Positions 21,650 through 31,296 of a stretch of DNA of 64,000 bases are shown here, one piece after another. Positions within the stretch are counted from its first letter, which is position 1; each line of letters opens with the position of its first letter. The translations under genes and the position numbers were made by a program. The DNA comes from Myxococcota bacterium (GTDB taxonomy: Bacteria > Myxococcota_A > SURF-8 > G963663525). The notes beneath the pieces were generated by a model that saw only the letters and a list, made by a program, of their open reading frames with translations, made no database searches and was not told the DNA's origin. Location of the stretch: NCBI GenBank assembly GCA_963676915.2, contig CAXXVK010000035.1:84905-148904 (forward strand). The letters are read 5' to 3'.

Positions 21650-22864
21650 TCATTTTACGCTATTTTCGCCCTTTTTCGCCTCCCGGTTTTTCACGACATC
21701 CAAACGCTTAAGAACCAACTGTTCCAGCACGATCGCATCCAACCTACCTGCATAATAATATTTCCCGTCCAGGACGATGGCGGGCGTTCCGGGAAGACCG
21801 ATTTGCAACCCCTCGTGGATGTCGCTTTCCACCGCAAGTCTGGTGTTTTCTTCAGCCAGACATTCAGCCATTTTTCCCGCATCCAACCCCAATTCTTCGA
21901 TCCACTGTTGCAATTTTACAGAGTCGATGTCGTCTTGGTTGGTGAATGCGACTTCGGAAAATTCCAGAAATTTCATTTGCTTATCAGCACAACGAGCAAC
22001 TCTGGCCGCTTCGCAGGCATAGCGATGGTAAGGTTGCTTGATACTGGGGTTGCAGGCTTCGTCGAGCGGAAAATCTTTGTGCACGATTTTTAATTCCGAA
22101 ACCCGCGTGATGAGATCCCGTAGCGAGGCGTGCAGGGTTTTGCAGTGACCGCATTGGAAATCGGAAAACTCGGCCAGCACCACTTTTCCCTTCGGATTAC
22201 CGAAGGTCGGACCGTCCAGCATGATGGGTTTGTCGAGTTTCACAAGGTTCTGCAACAGGTTTTCCACGGTCGGCGGTTGACGAAAAGCTTCGGCTGCCGA
22301 CGTATAGTACAAAACGCTGGCCATGACCGCAGCCACGAAAAACAGGGAAACAAGCTTGTATGGATCCGAGAACTGCTGACGTAAGTCCTTGAAAAGAATC
22401 GTAATTCCTTCTATCAACCCTCGCTCGGAGGCAAAGAAGGCCAGGATCGTCAATGCAAGGTTGACCGCGTACAGAGCCATGCACATGATGCACCAGGTAC
22501 CGATCACGGCATGACTGACCCAGGCCAGCAAAGCCGAATACAGCACGGATGCAATTCCCAGCCAGAAGATCAACTCGATTCCGTGAGGATAATAGCGCCG
22601 GATGCGCCAGCGACAACCGGCCGCCAACCAGCCTACAAACAAATAAAACAGGAAACCGAACGCAGCGATCGGGACACCGAACAGCGTGGACCAGTCGCTG
22701 GCGGCCACGCGGTCGCAGTTGACCTCTGCCGAAATATTGCAGTGACTTTGGTAGTTTGCCGTTCCCGCGTCCACGTTGTATTTGATCATCACGAGATCGA
22801 CGGACACGGCCATTCCCACAATCGCCACAACGACGAGGGCCAGTATGAGCCAGGGATGTTTCAC
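21650..22864 (-). CDS. vitamin K epoxide reductase (VKOR)-DsbA/thioredoxin fusion
   Basis: VKOR loop C..C..V..S.WS.LFGVP and CIMC active site; DsbA domain FSDFQCGHC and GTP cis-Pro motif. Confidence 0.9.
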   Translation of the reverse strand: MKHPWLILALVVVAIVGMAVSVDLVMIKYNVDAGTANYQSHCNISAEVNCDRVAASDWSTLFGVPIAAFGFLFYLFVGWLAAGCRWRIRRYYPHGIELIFWLGIASVLYSALLAWVSHAVIGTWCIMCMALYAVNLALTILAFFASERGLIEGITILFKDLRQQFSDPYKLVSLFFVAAVMASVLYYTSAAEAFRQPPTVENLLQNLVKLDKPIMLDGPTFGNPKGKVVLAEFSDFQCGHCKTLHASLRDLITRVSELKIVHKDFPLDEACNPSIKQPYHRYACEAARVARCADKQMKFLEFSEVAFTNQDDIDSVKLQQWIEELGLDAGKMAECLAEENTRLAVESDIHEGLQIGLPGTPAIVLDGKYYYAGRLDAIVLEQLVLKRLDVVKNREAKKGENSVK

Positions 22865-22876
22865 GAAACCCCTCTT

Positions 22877-24661
22877 TCACGAATAGAAACGGTCGATGAT
22901 ATCCTTATATTTTTCTTCGATAAAACGTCGCCGAAGTTTTCCGGTAATGGTCAATTCCCCGGTTTTTTCGGAAAACGACTCGGGAACGATGTAGAACTTC
23001 TTGATCGTTTCATAACTGGCAAGATACTGATTTTTCTCCTGAATTCCACTTTCAATCAGCTTGATGATCTCCGGATGCTCGCACAGGGCGTTCCAGTCTC
23101 CACCGGTGGAGATATTGCGTTCTTCGGCCCATTTTTCCACGCGTTCGCGTTCGAGAGTCACAAGCCCGGTCAGGTAGTTCCGCTTGTCGCCGTGTACGAG
23201 AATTTCCTCGATGAAGTCCGCGTCGCGAATCAAGTTCTCGATGTTCTGCGGGGAAATGTTTTTGCCGGTGGAAGTGACGATCAGGTTCTTTTTCCGATCG
23301 GTGATCGACAAAAACCCTTCGCCGTCGATTTCGCCGATGTCCCCGGTATGCAACCAGCGATCCGGCGTAAACGCCCGCTTCGTTTCCTCGGGAAGATCGT
23401 AGTATTTCTCCATCACGATCGGCCCGCGAATCAACACCTCGCCTTCGTCGTCGGTGATTACCTCCACCCCAGGGATTGCTTTGCCGACCGTTCCCAATTT
23501 GTACTGTTTCAAGGTATTTACAGTTGCCGCACCGCAAATTTCGGTCATACCGAATCCTTCGAGAATCATGATTCCGGCGGCTCGAAAAGCTTCGGCCACC
23601 GAGCGATTCAAAGGAGCGCCGGAGGAAATGAACCAGCGAATACGACCACCGAAGCTTTCGTGCAGATCATCGAAAAACATCCGCCTTGATATGCGGTAAC
23701 GCAAGGACAACAACGCCGAAGGTTTCCGGTTGTTTTCCAGCGACCGACCGAACTGGCGACCGACATGAATGGCCCGCAAAAACAGCTTGAAATTGAGATC
23801 TCCACGCGCTTTGGCAAGATTGAGCGTGGTTTCGTAGATTTTTTCATAGACACGCGGAACCGCCGCCATCCAGTGGGGGCGAACTTGGGCGATGTTTTCG
23901 AGCAATTTTTCGTAGCTTTCCGCATAGGCCGCAACACCACCGGTTTTAATGCATAAAAACTGCAACACCCGCCCGAAAATGTGGGCAAACGGTAAAAACA
24001 ACAACGTAACGGTATGTTCCTGAAGCGGCAGAGCTTGCCCCAACCCTTTCAACTGTGCCAGCATCGCCGACTGTTTCAGCACCACGCCACGAGGAGGACC
24101 GTAGCTGGAAGGCGTGTAAACGATGGTAAATACATCGTTTTCGTTGCTGAGGCGGCTTGTGTTTTCGTAGCGGTCTTCGTCCGGTACCTCACGGCCTAAC
24201 TCTAAAAGCGATTGCCAGGTGACCACCGTGTCGTCGTCCGGGTCCGATCCATCGATCAGGATGACCCGTTCGAGGTGAATCATCCGCTTTCGGGCTTCTT
24301 GAAGGCGTGTGTAAAGAGACGGACTTTCGACGATGACGATTTTCATCTCGCATTGCTGGATGATGTATTCACATTCCATCGGACGATACGAGTGATTGAT
24401 GGGAACGGTAATCCCTCCGGCCCCTAAAATTCCCAGATCGGCGAAACTCCACTCGGGACGCGTCCCGGCGTACAGGCCGATTTTGTCGCCTTTTTCCACG
24501 CCCAATGCCCGCAATCCCTGGGAGATGAGCCGGACTTTTTCCATCATATCGTTCCAGGTCCATTCCACCCAACGCCCGTGCATTTTGTAACGCAGTGCGC
24601 CATTCGGACCCGACAGCCGCACCCGCCGCTGGAACAACCCGTTGAGACCTCTTGCTTCCAT
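22877..24661 (-). CDS. AMP-dependent long-chain fatty acid--CoA ligase-like protein (divergent P-loop)
   Basis: FLPFAHIF, AVPRVYEK, EGFGMTE, WLHTGDIG, ITDRKKNLI, GKNISPQ, TGKLRR; P-loop reads YTPSSYGPPRG. Confidence 0.88.
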   Translation of the reverse strand: MEARGLNGLFQRRVRLSGPNGALRYKMHGRWVEWTWNDMMEKVRLISQGLRALGVEKGDKIGLYAGTRPEWSFADLGILGAGGITVPINHSYRPMECEYIIQQCEMKIVIVESPSLYTRLQEARKRMIHLERVILIDGSDPDDDTVVTWQSLLELGREVPDEDRYENTSRLSNENDVFTIVYTPSSYGPPRGVVLKQSAMLAQLKGLGQALPLQEHTVTLLFLPFAHIFGRVLQFLCIKTGGVAAYAESYEKLLENIAQVRPHWMAAVPRVYEKIYETTLNLAKARGDLNFKLFLRAIHVGRQFGRSLENNRKPSALLSLRYRISRRMFFDDLHESFGGRIRWFISSGAPLNRSVAEAFRAAGIMILEGFGMTEICGAATVNTLKQYKLGTVGKAIPGVEVITDDEGEVLIRGPIVMEKYYDLPEETKRAFTPDRWLHTGDIGEIDGEGFLSITDRKKNLIVTSTGKNISPQNIENLIRDADFIEEILVHGDKRNYLTGLVTLERERVEKWAEERNISTGGDWNALCEHPEIIKLIESGIQEKNQYLASYETIKKFYIVPESFSEKTGELTITGKLRRRFIEEKYKDIIDRFYS

Positions 24662-24822
24662 ACGGTTCCCTTTCCGTCGGAAATCGATTTTTTCTTTTAT
24701 ACACCAGTCCTGAACGATGGGCAATGCTGCGACCGATGTTCCCATGAGTCCGAAGCAAAAGGGTAGAGAATCCACTGGGTGCATCACAAAATAGTGCGAC
24801 TTTCGTAAAATCCTCTTTTTTC

Positions 24823-24917
24823 GTAGCGGCGAGGCGTAAGCCCGCCGTTTTTGCCTTTTGAAAGTTGCTTTTATGCCCCCAATCTCACTTTTCGGCGGGC
24901 TTACGCCTCGCCGCTAC
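24823..24917. repeat. GTAG-REP inverted doublet, family 2
   Basis: Perfect 25-bp inverted repeat GTAGCGGCGAGGCGTAAGCCCGCCG with a 45-bp spacer; each arm is itself a small hairpin. Confidence 0.8.
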
Positions 24918-25005
24918 AACCAAATGAATGAATGATTCAATATTATTGGGCCAATTCGCACCATTTTGTGATGCACCCGAATCCACTGCCAAATTTCCCA
25001 TTCGT

Positions 25006-25035
25006 TTGACACCCCTGCCCTGCTGGAAGTATAGT
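25006..25035 (+). promoter_or_regulatory. sigma70 promoter of selC
   Basis: TTGACA-N18-TATAGT ending 7 nt before the tRNA 5' end. Confidence 0.75.
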
Positions 25036-25042
25036 TTCGGGT

Positions 25043-25140
25043 GGAAGTGGAAGAGTACCTGGTGGGCTCCGCGGTCTTCAAAATCGTAGCGAGGCACTGA
25101 CCGTGTCTTGGGTGGGTTCGATTCCCATGCACTTCCGCCA
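25043..25140 (+). tRNA. selC: tRNA-Sec (anticodon TCA)
   Basis: 98 nt; GGAAGTG/CACTTCC acceptor stem plus GCCA; extended D-stem with TGGT loop; CTTCAAA anticodon loop; 8-bp variable arm CGAGGCAC/GTGTCTTG; T arm GTGGG-TTCGATT-CCCAT. Confidence 0.95.
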
Positions 25141-25151
25141 TTTTTTCCACC

Positions 25152-25185
25152 ACCCGGAAACGTTTTTCGTCTCCGGGTTTTGTTT
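25152..25185 (+). terminator. terminator after selC
   Basis: ACCCGGA...TCCGGGT stem followed by TTTGTTT. Confidence 0.65.
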
Positions 25186-25206
25186 GTGTGACAACGGATA
25201 CCCGCG

Positions 25207-26307
25207 ATGAACGGACGTAACGTATTCTACCGATTTTTCACGTTTCGACTCAACCTGTTGCAGGTTGGCCTCGTTTGGATCTGTCTGTTCCTTTTCGCGT
25301 GTACGGAGGACGGCAGTTCCTCCGGCGGCGATACGGATACCGAAACGGTGCTGCCGGATTCCTGCGAAGGTGTCACCGAACTGTTTCCCGTCGAGGAAAT
25401 GCTGATTCACCCCGAGCATTCCTGTTATGCCTGGGTTCGTGAGGTATTTCCCCGAGCCATCAAAGCAGGTTCCAGCGGAAGCGGCGCCATCGTGAGTCTC
25501 GATACCGACCAAGGCACGGGACTGGCTATGTCTGCGGCTCACGTTCTCAAAACGTTCGAGGAAAACGACGAGGGCGAGATCGTCGAAACGATGGTTTCTC
25601 CTGCAGAACGACAGGGACTTCGGTTTGTACGGTTGAGCCGCGAAGAGGGCGGAACCCCCGCCGACGCCTACAACGCCACGTTTATTTTTTACCATCCCAC
25701 CATTTCCCAGGATGAACGCGCCGACGGCTTTGCGAACATTCTTCCTCGCCACGACTTTTTCCTTGCCGCCGTCGATGCCCAGCTTTCCGATGCCTCCGAA
25801 ACCTTCGATTCGTTCGATTCCATCGGTTCCGATGCACCGCAGCTTCCCACACTGGAAAACGATACCCTTCCCGATTTCGTCGTTCGGGATGTCCGACCCG
25901 ACGATCTCGTGATGTTCATCGGCTATCCGGCCGGAGGAGCATATCCCAACCGTTTGTCTGCCGGAGTGGGGCGGGTGTTGTCCGAGGCGGAAATCGAGAC
26001 GGCACAGGCCGATCTTCGAGATATCGGCGACGAAGAAGGCGATCTTGCCTATGATGCCGAGGCGGAAATGATGCTGGAAGCTCAGGCTTTGCCCGGCATG
26101 AGCGGTGGCGGCGTCTTCGACCTCGGAGGAAGGCTTGTGGGAGTACTGGTCCGAGGATCGACCGAGACCGACGCACCGATGCACATCGTTCGGGCGGTGC
26201 GGGTGCCATTTATCGCCGGACGTATTCGAGAAACGCTCGAAAATCTCGAAGTGGAACAGCAACTGGCGGTAAAACCTTTTCTCGATTCAAGCCTGATCGG
26301 CGATTAA
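25207..26307 (+). CDS. trypsin-like (S1) serine protease lipoprotein
   Basis: Lipobox LFAC; catalytic triad contexts SAAHV, HDFFL, PGMSGGGVF. Confidence 0.85.
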   Translation: MNGRNVFYRFFTFRLNLLQVGLVWICLFLFACTEDGSSSGGDTDTETVLPDSCEGVTELFPVEEMLIHPEHSCYAWVREVFPRAIKAGSSGSGAIVSLDTDQGTGLAMSAAHVLKTFEENDEGEIVETMVSPAERQGLRFVRLSREEGGTPADAYNATFIFYHPTISQDERADGFANILPRHDFFLAAVDAQLSDASETFDSFDSIGSDAPQLPTLENDTLPDFVVRDVRPDDLVMFIGYPAGGAYPNRLSAGVGRVLSEAEIETAQADLRDIGDEEGDLAYDAEAEMMLEAQALPGMSGGGVFDLGGRLVGVLVRGSTETDAPMHIVRAVRVPFIAGRIRETLENLEVEQQLAVKPFLDSSLIGD

Positions 26308-26514
26308 CTCGAAGTATTCCTGAAAAACCGGCGGCGAAATTGCCCGAAAGCATCCGAAAAGCGACAGAACGGTATCTTCACTTCTAGCGAACCGTTGAAA
26401 AAATAAAAGATGTACGAGGAAACACGGATTTGTACGATTGGCTCGGCTTGTGGTAGGAGGATGCCGTAAGGTTGTATGGAATTGGAGCGAATTCCGGGAA
26501 GCGGGACTAAAAGT

Positions 26515-28329
26515 ATGAATTTACTGCTGGGTTTGCAACAGGTCGGTTTATCGTTCGGGGACACACGGTTGTTCGACGACGTATCCCTGTTCGTTCACGA
26601 AGGGGAGCGCCTGGGCATCATCGGAGCGAACGGCATCGGCAAAAGCTCGCTCGTGCGTCTGATGAGCGGCGAGTACGGTCCCGACCGGGGAACGGTGAAT
26701 CGCCGAAAAGGACTTCGAATAGGAATCGTCGAGCAAACGCCCGAATTCGAGGCGGACCGCTCGGTAGAGGAAATTCTCGTCGAATGCATTTCTCAAAGCG
26801 AATCGTACGAAGCGGACAACGACATCGAATGTCAGGTCAAAGCCTCGATTATACTGGATAAACTCGGGTTCGAGGACACTTCGAAGAAAGCAGGCACCCT
26901 TTCGGGCGGCTGGCTGAAACGGCTGGCGATTGCAGCTGCATTGGTCAACGATCCCCACATTCTGCTGCTCGATGAACCGACCAACCACCTCGACATCGAG
27001 GGTATTTTGTGGTTGGAAAAATGGCTGGTCGGACAGCGCTCGGCCTGCGTGATCATCAGCCACGACCGGGCGTTTCTAGAGGCCACCGCCACCAAAATCG
27101 TCGAACTCGATCGATCCTACCCGGATTATCTGCTCATCTCCGAGGGTGGATACAGCCGCTTTCTCGAACACCGGGCCGCATTTCGTCAAACACAGGCCAA
27201 AACCCTGGAATCGTTGGAAAACAAGGTTCGCAACGAAATCGAATGGCTCAAGCAGGGTGCCAAGGCAAGGGCCTCGAAAGACAAACTTCACACGGAACAG
27301 GCACACAAGCTGATCGAAGAGTTGGCCGAGGTGCGCCGGAAAACCACCGAAATCCGCGCCGACATCGACTTTACCGCCAGTGGTCGCAAGACCAAACGGC
27401 TGCTCGTCGCTCGAAGCCTGGGCAAATCCCGAGGTGGAAAGACGTTGTTTAGCAATCTGGATTTGTTGCTCAAACCCGGATTGAAGCTCGGCCTCGTCGG
27501 TGCCAACGGCAGTGGAAAAACCACATTATTGAAAATTCTCGCCGGACAGATGGAGCAGGACGAAGGTGAAATCCGCCGGGCGGACAACCTCAAGGTGGTG
27601 GTTTTCGACCAGAAACGGGAGACGCTCGATCCGTCTCTGACGCTGGGCAAAGCCTTGTGCGAAGACGGCGACGGCGTGGTATTCCGAGGCGGCGTGATTC
27701 ATGTGGCAAGCTGGGCCAAACGTTTCGGGTTCGATACGCGCCAACTCGATACCCCGGTGGGACGTCTTTCGGGTGGCGAACAGGCGAAAATCCAGATCGC
27801 CCGCTTGATGCTCGAAACGGCGGATGTACTGCTGCTCGACGAACCGACCAACGACCTCGACCTTCCCACCCTGGAAATTCTCGAACGCAACCTTTCGGAA
27901 TTCCCCGGAGCGCTGGTGCTCGTTACCCACGACCGCTACATGCTCGACCACCTTTGCTCGGTGATGATCGGCCTTGACGGCACGGGAAATCACCATATCG
28001 TGGCGGATTACGCCCAGTGGATCGAGACGCTGGAAAATCTTCAAAACGACAAAAAGGACAAAGAACCGAAAAAAGCGCCAAAAGCACCACGAAAAAAGAC
28101 GCAGAGCAAAAAGCTGTCGTACCTGGAACAGCGGGAATACGACGGTCTGGAAGACGCACTTTTAGAAGCGGAAGAAAAGGTGGCGGATCTGGAAAATCTT
28201 CTGGCGGACCCGGAAGTAGCCTCCGACCCGGCCCGCGCTGAAGAGACATACAACGAGCTTGAAACGAGCCGTGCACGGGTTGAAGCGCTTTATGCGCGAT
28301 GGGAGGAACTGGAAAACAAGCAGGGATAG
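26515..28329 (+). CDS. uup: ABC-F family ATP-binding protein, Uup-like
   Basis: Two ABC cassettes (GANGIGKS / GANGSGKT, LSGG, LLLDEPTN), no transmembrane segments, C-terminal KKLSY.EQRE...YARWEEL domain. Confidence 0.88.
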   Translation: MNLLLGLQQVGLSFGDTRLFDDVSLFVHEGERLGIIGANGIGKSSLVRLMSGEYGPDRGTVNRRKGLRIGIVEQTPEFEADRSVEEILVECISQSESYEADNDIECQVKASIILDKLGFEDTSKKAGTLSGGWLKRLAIAAALVNDPHILLLDEPTNHLDIEGILWLEKWLVGQRSACVIISHDRAFLEATATKIVELDRSYPDYLLISEGGYSRFLEHRAAFRQTQAKTLESLENKVRNEIEWLKQGAKARASKDKLHTEQAHKLIEELAEVRRKTTEIRADIDFTASGRKTKRLLVARSLGKSRGGKTLFSNLDLLLKPGLKLGLVGANGSGKTTLLKILAGQMEQDEGEIRRADNLKVVVFDQKRETLDPSLTLGKALCEDGDGVVFRGGVIHVASWAKRFGFDTRQLDTPVGRLSGGEQAKIQIARLMLETADVLLLDEPTNDLDLPTLEILERNLSEFPGALVLVTHDRYMLDHLCSVMIGLDGTGNHHIVADYAQWIETLENLQNDKKDKEPKKAPKAPRKKTQSKKLSYLEQREYDGLEDALLEAEEKVADLENLLADPEVASDPARAEETYNELETSRARVEALYARWEELENKQG

Positions 28330-28367
28330 TCCTATCTGGAACCCCAACGTATTTTCATAAAGACAAG

Positions 28368-29408
28368 TTATTTCAAGAGTTTATCCGTACAGATCACCCG
28401 GTTCCTGCCTTTTTGTTTGGCCATATACAAGCGGCGATCGGCCGTACGAACCAACGCTTGCAAATGGTTACGAATCCCACTTTCCAACTTGCCGTGGGCC
28501 ACGCCGATGCTGATGGTTATCGGGATATCGGTCTGGCTTTGGGTTTCGATCATGGAGCGAATTTCTTCGGCAATGGTTTCCAGTGCGCCAGGTTCGACAG
28601 GAGAGAGAAAGACCATGAATTCCTCGCCGCCGTAGCGCCCGATGACGTCGGACGAGCGAATCCTTTTCTTGATCATGTTCGCCGTCCAGCAGATCACCTC
28701 ATCTCCCTTCTGGTGCCCATGGGTGTCATTGATGTCCTTGAAATGATCGATGTCGATCATCATGATACCCACTTCCGTGGTGTTGCGTTGGGCGATGTGA
28801 GCAAGCATTTCAATGGTGTTGAACAAGCCTCGGCGATTGTAAATCCCCGTTAACAGGTCGGTTTTACTCTGAATGGCCAACTGGCGGTTTTGCTGCCAAA
28901 GCTGGCGGATCGCGCCGCCTAAAAGTTTCAACTCGGGTTTTTCATCATCGAAGGTCTTGAAAGCTTCCACGTAGCGGTTCAAACGCCATTCGTAGTTTCG
29001 CTCGGTCTTGTCCGTTCCGGCCATCGTGCTGAAATACTGGCAGATGGTTTCGAAGGCGGGGTGTAATAGATGAAGTTCCAGATTGAGCGCCAGCAAAAAC
29101 GCTTTCTGGTTATCTTCGATGTTCTGACTTTGGATTTCGATTTTCAGAATTTCGTCCCGAACTGCGGTCAGGTCGTTTTTGGTTTCCACCGGGTCGGAAA
29201 ACAGCGGGGGCAGCGGTCCGGACCCTACCAGACTGACGACCTGTTCCCACAAGTCGCGACTTTCCCGTTCGCGCTCGACCATTTCGTCCCAGAACTTCCG
29301 TTGGTCGGGATGTTTCGTTTTACGCTTCAGGTTGTCATAAACCTCGGTGGCCAGTTGATGGGCAACGAGGCATAGCCAGATGATGTCTCCCAGCGGACTC
29401 TCGGACAT
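28368..29408 (-). CDS. diguanylate cyclase (GGDEF) with N-terminal helical domain
   Basis: TDLLTGIYNRR, IDIDHFKDINDTHGH, RSSD I-site, RYGGEEF; RBS AGGAAGG. Confidence 0.93.
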   Translation of the reverse strand: MSESPLGDIIWLCLVAHQLATEVYDNLKRKTKHPDQRKFWDEMVERERESRDLWEQVVSLVGSGPLPPLFSDPVETKNDLTAVRDEILKIEIQSQNIEDNQKAFLLALNLELHLLHPAFETICQYFSTMAGTDKTERNYEWRLNRYVEAFKTFDDEKPELKLLGGAIRQLWQQNRQLAIQSKTDLLTGIYNRRGLFNTIEMLAHIAQRNTTEVGIMMIDIDHFKDINDTHGHQKGDEVICWTANMIKKRIRSSDVIGRYGGEEFMVFLSPVEPGALETIAEEIRSMIETQSQTDIPITISIGVAHGKLESGIRNHLQALVRTADRRLYMAKQKGRNRVICTDKLLK

Positions 29409-29706
29409 GTTCGCCTTCCTGCTCGATCCCTTCGAAAACACGAGCTTTTTGCCGTTTTCCGAATGCAGCTTTTCATTTTCAATGGTTTGTAAATCCGTGC
29501 AAAAACCGGAAAACGTCCCGTGCGTCAAACGATTTCCGACCGTAGCGCTTCCCGCAAGAAAAGCACCGATTCATTGGAAAGGGAGTATAGCAGAAAACTT
29601 TATGAAAGAATCGCGAATTTTATATTTTTCTATGGAACGGGGAGAATTTTATTGTGCGATTTTCGCGGTCCCTCCTCGATTAACGGGGATTGCATCCCCG
29701 TTAATC

Positions 29707-31296
29707 TCACCCCCAGTGCCGCACGTTCAATTCCGGGAAAATCGTGTGGCGTTTTTCCAGGGCTTCCAGGAATTCCTCATCGATTTCACCCTCTTGCAGC
29801 ATATCGTACAAGCGGTTGAAATTCTCGATGTGATCAAGCGTGCGTTGCCGGGCGTATTCGACCGTCGTTTCGTTGGTCATGATGAACGCCCAGTCGGAGG
29901 CCTGCGCCAGCACGAATTCCCGTCCGGCCTGTTCGACTGCCCGAAGGATCGGGGCTTCATCAAGCCGTGGGTGGTGTGCCAGCTCGTGCATTCGTTCGGC
30001 GAGTTTGTGCAGGTGCGGATAAATCCAATCGTTGGTGGCGTTGCACCATACTTCGGAATAGCCTTTGTCGCCCCAGCTCGATGCCGAAGGCGTGGCCACC
30101 TGGTTGTCCGGGTAGAGGTCGAGATAGTCCGAAGGCGTTGCCAAGGCCAACCCGTCCTGATCGAAGTGAATCTTGCGGATCAGCACGTCCAGCCAACGCG
30201 GTCCTTCGAACCACCAGTGCCCGAACAGTTCGGCGTCGTAAGGTGCGACTACGATGGGCCTGCGACCGAGGCTGCCTTCGAGCCATTCCACCTGTTTTTC
30301 CCGGTTGAACATGAAATTTCCGGCATGATCGGCGGCTTTTTGTCCGGCCTGATGCCAATCGTAGGGTTCGCACTGGGAAAGATCGCGCCGCCCCGTGATT
30401 TTGTAATACTTGATTCCGGTATTGAGCCGGGTACCGTCGGGATTGATGTACGGAGCGATGTACTCCATCGGCAGATCGAAACCGATGTCCCGGTAGAATT
30501 CGCGATAATCGTAGTCACCGGGATAGCCTTCGGAGGAACTCCAGACCTGTTTCGAGCTTTCCAGATCTCGTGCGAACGCCGCCACGCCGTTGGGGCAGAG
30601 AATCGGAGCGTAGACACCGCGCACGGGACGCGGCTCGGCGTGGTCGATACCGTGGGTATCCACCAGGAAATAGCGGATTCCCGCCTCTTCCAGATAGCTT
30701 TCGACACCGGGAAAATAGCCGCATTCAGGAAGCCAGATTCCTTGGGGTCGAGTGCCGAGATGGCGCTCGTAATCGTCGGCGGCGACGTGAACCTGGGCGC
30801 GGATCGACTCGGGGTGCTCCTTGAACATCGGGAAAAAGGCGTGGGTCGCGCCGCAAGTGATGACTTCCAGCCGTCCTGCCTGCTGAATTTCGCGAAAGGC
30901 GCGAACCAGATCCAGGTCGTAGCGGTCGGCGAAAATGTTCCGGGTATGGACGAACAGATTCCGGTAGGTTTCGGCGGATGCCTCGAAACGCGGATCTTGG
31001 CGACGGGTACGCAGAATTTCCTTTTCGGCCAACTCGATGGATTTGTCCAGATGCTTCAGGTAGCGTTCCTGCAACAACGGATCGGCCAGCATGTTGAGCA
31101 ACGGCGGCGTCAGTGACATTGTGATGCGAAACGGCACCTGATCGTCGATCAAACCGTTGTATACGGAAATCAGCGGGATATAGGTTTCGGTGATCGCTTC
31201 GAACAACCAGCGCTCTTCAAGGTGTTCCTCATGTTCGGGATGCCGCACGAAGGGAAGGTGCGCATGGAGCACCAGAGACAGATATCCTTTAGGCAT
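29707..31296 (-). CDS. GH57 1,4-alpha-glucan branching enzyme (DUF1957)
   Basis: LHAHLPFV, EERWLFEAITETYIPL, GIWLPECGY, APYDAELFGHWWFEGP, LAQASDWAFI. Confidence 0.95.
   Translation of the reverse strand: MPKGYLSLVLHAHLPFVRHPEHEEHLEERWLFEAITETYIPLISVYNGLIDDQVPFRITMSLTPPLLNMLADPLLQERYLKHLDKSIELAEKEILRTRRQDPRFEASAETYRNLFVHTRNIFADRYDLDLVRAFREIQQAGRLEVITCGATHAFFPMFKEHPESIRAQVHVAADDYERHLGTRPQGIWLPECGYFPGVESYLEEAGIRYFLVDTHGIDHAEPRPVRGVYAPILCPNGVAAFARDLESSKQVWSSSEGYPGDYDYREFYRDIGFDLPMEYIAPYINPDGTRLNTGIKYYKITGRRDLSQCEPYDWHQAGQKAADHAGNFMFNREKQVEWLEGSLGRRPIVVAPYDAELFGHWWFEGPRWLDVLIRKIHFDQDGLALATPSDYLDLYPDNQVATPSASSWGDKGYSEVWCNATNDWIYPHLHKLAERMHELAHHPRLDEAPILRAVEQAGREFVLAQASDWAFIMTNETTVEYARQRTLDHIENFNRLYDMLQEGEIDEEFLEALEKRHTIFPELNVRHWG

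Noticed and set aside
24925-24940. TGAATGAATGATTCA as a second FadR box upstream of the ligase gene
   Set aside because: Half-site spacing is 3 bp shorter than the 3770 box and it lies about 265 bp from the start codon; too weak to call.
25043-28329. Genomic island integrated at selC
   Set aside because: No integrase, no duplicated tRNA 3' end seen, and downstream genes look native.
29380-31116. 578-aa plus-strand ORF (likewise 49203-51095, 25078-26262, 22511-23689, 59089-60336)
   Set aside because: Antisense to well-supported genes, with no motifs; expected from codon bias.
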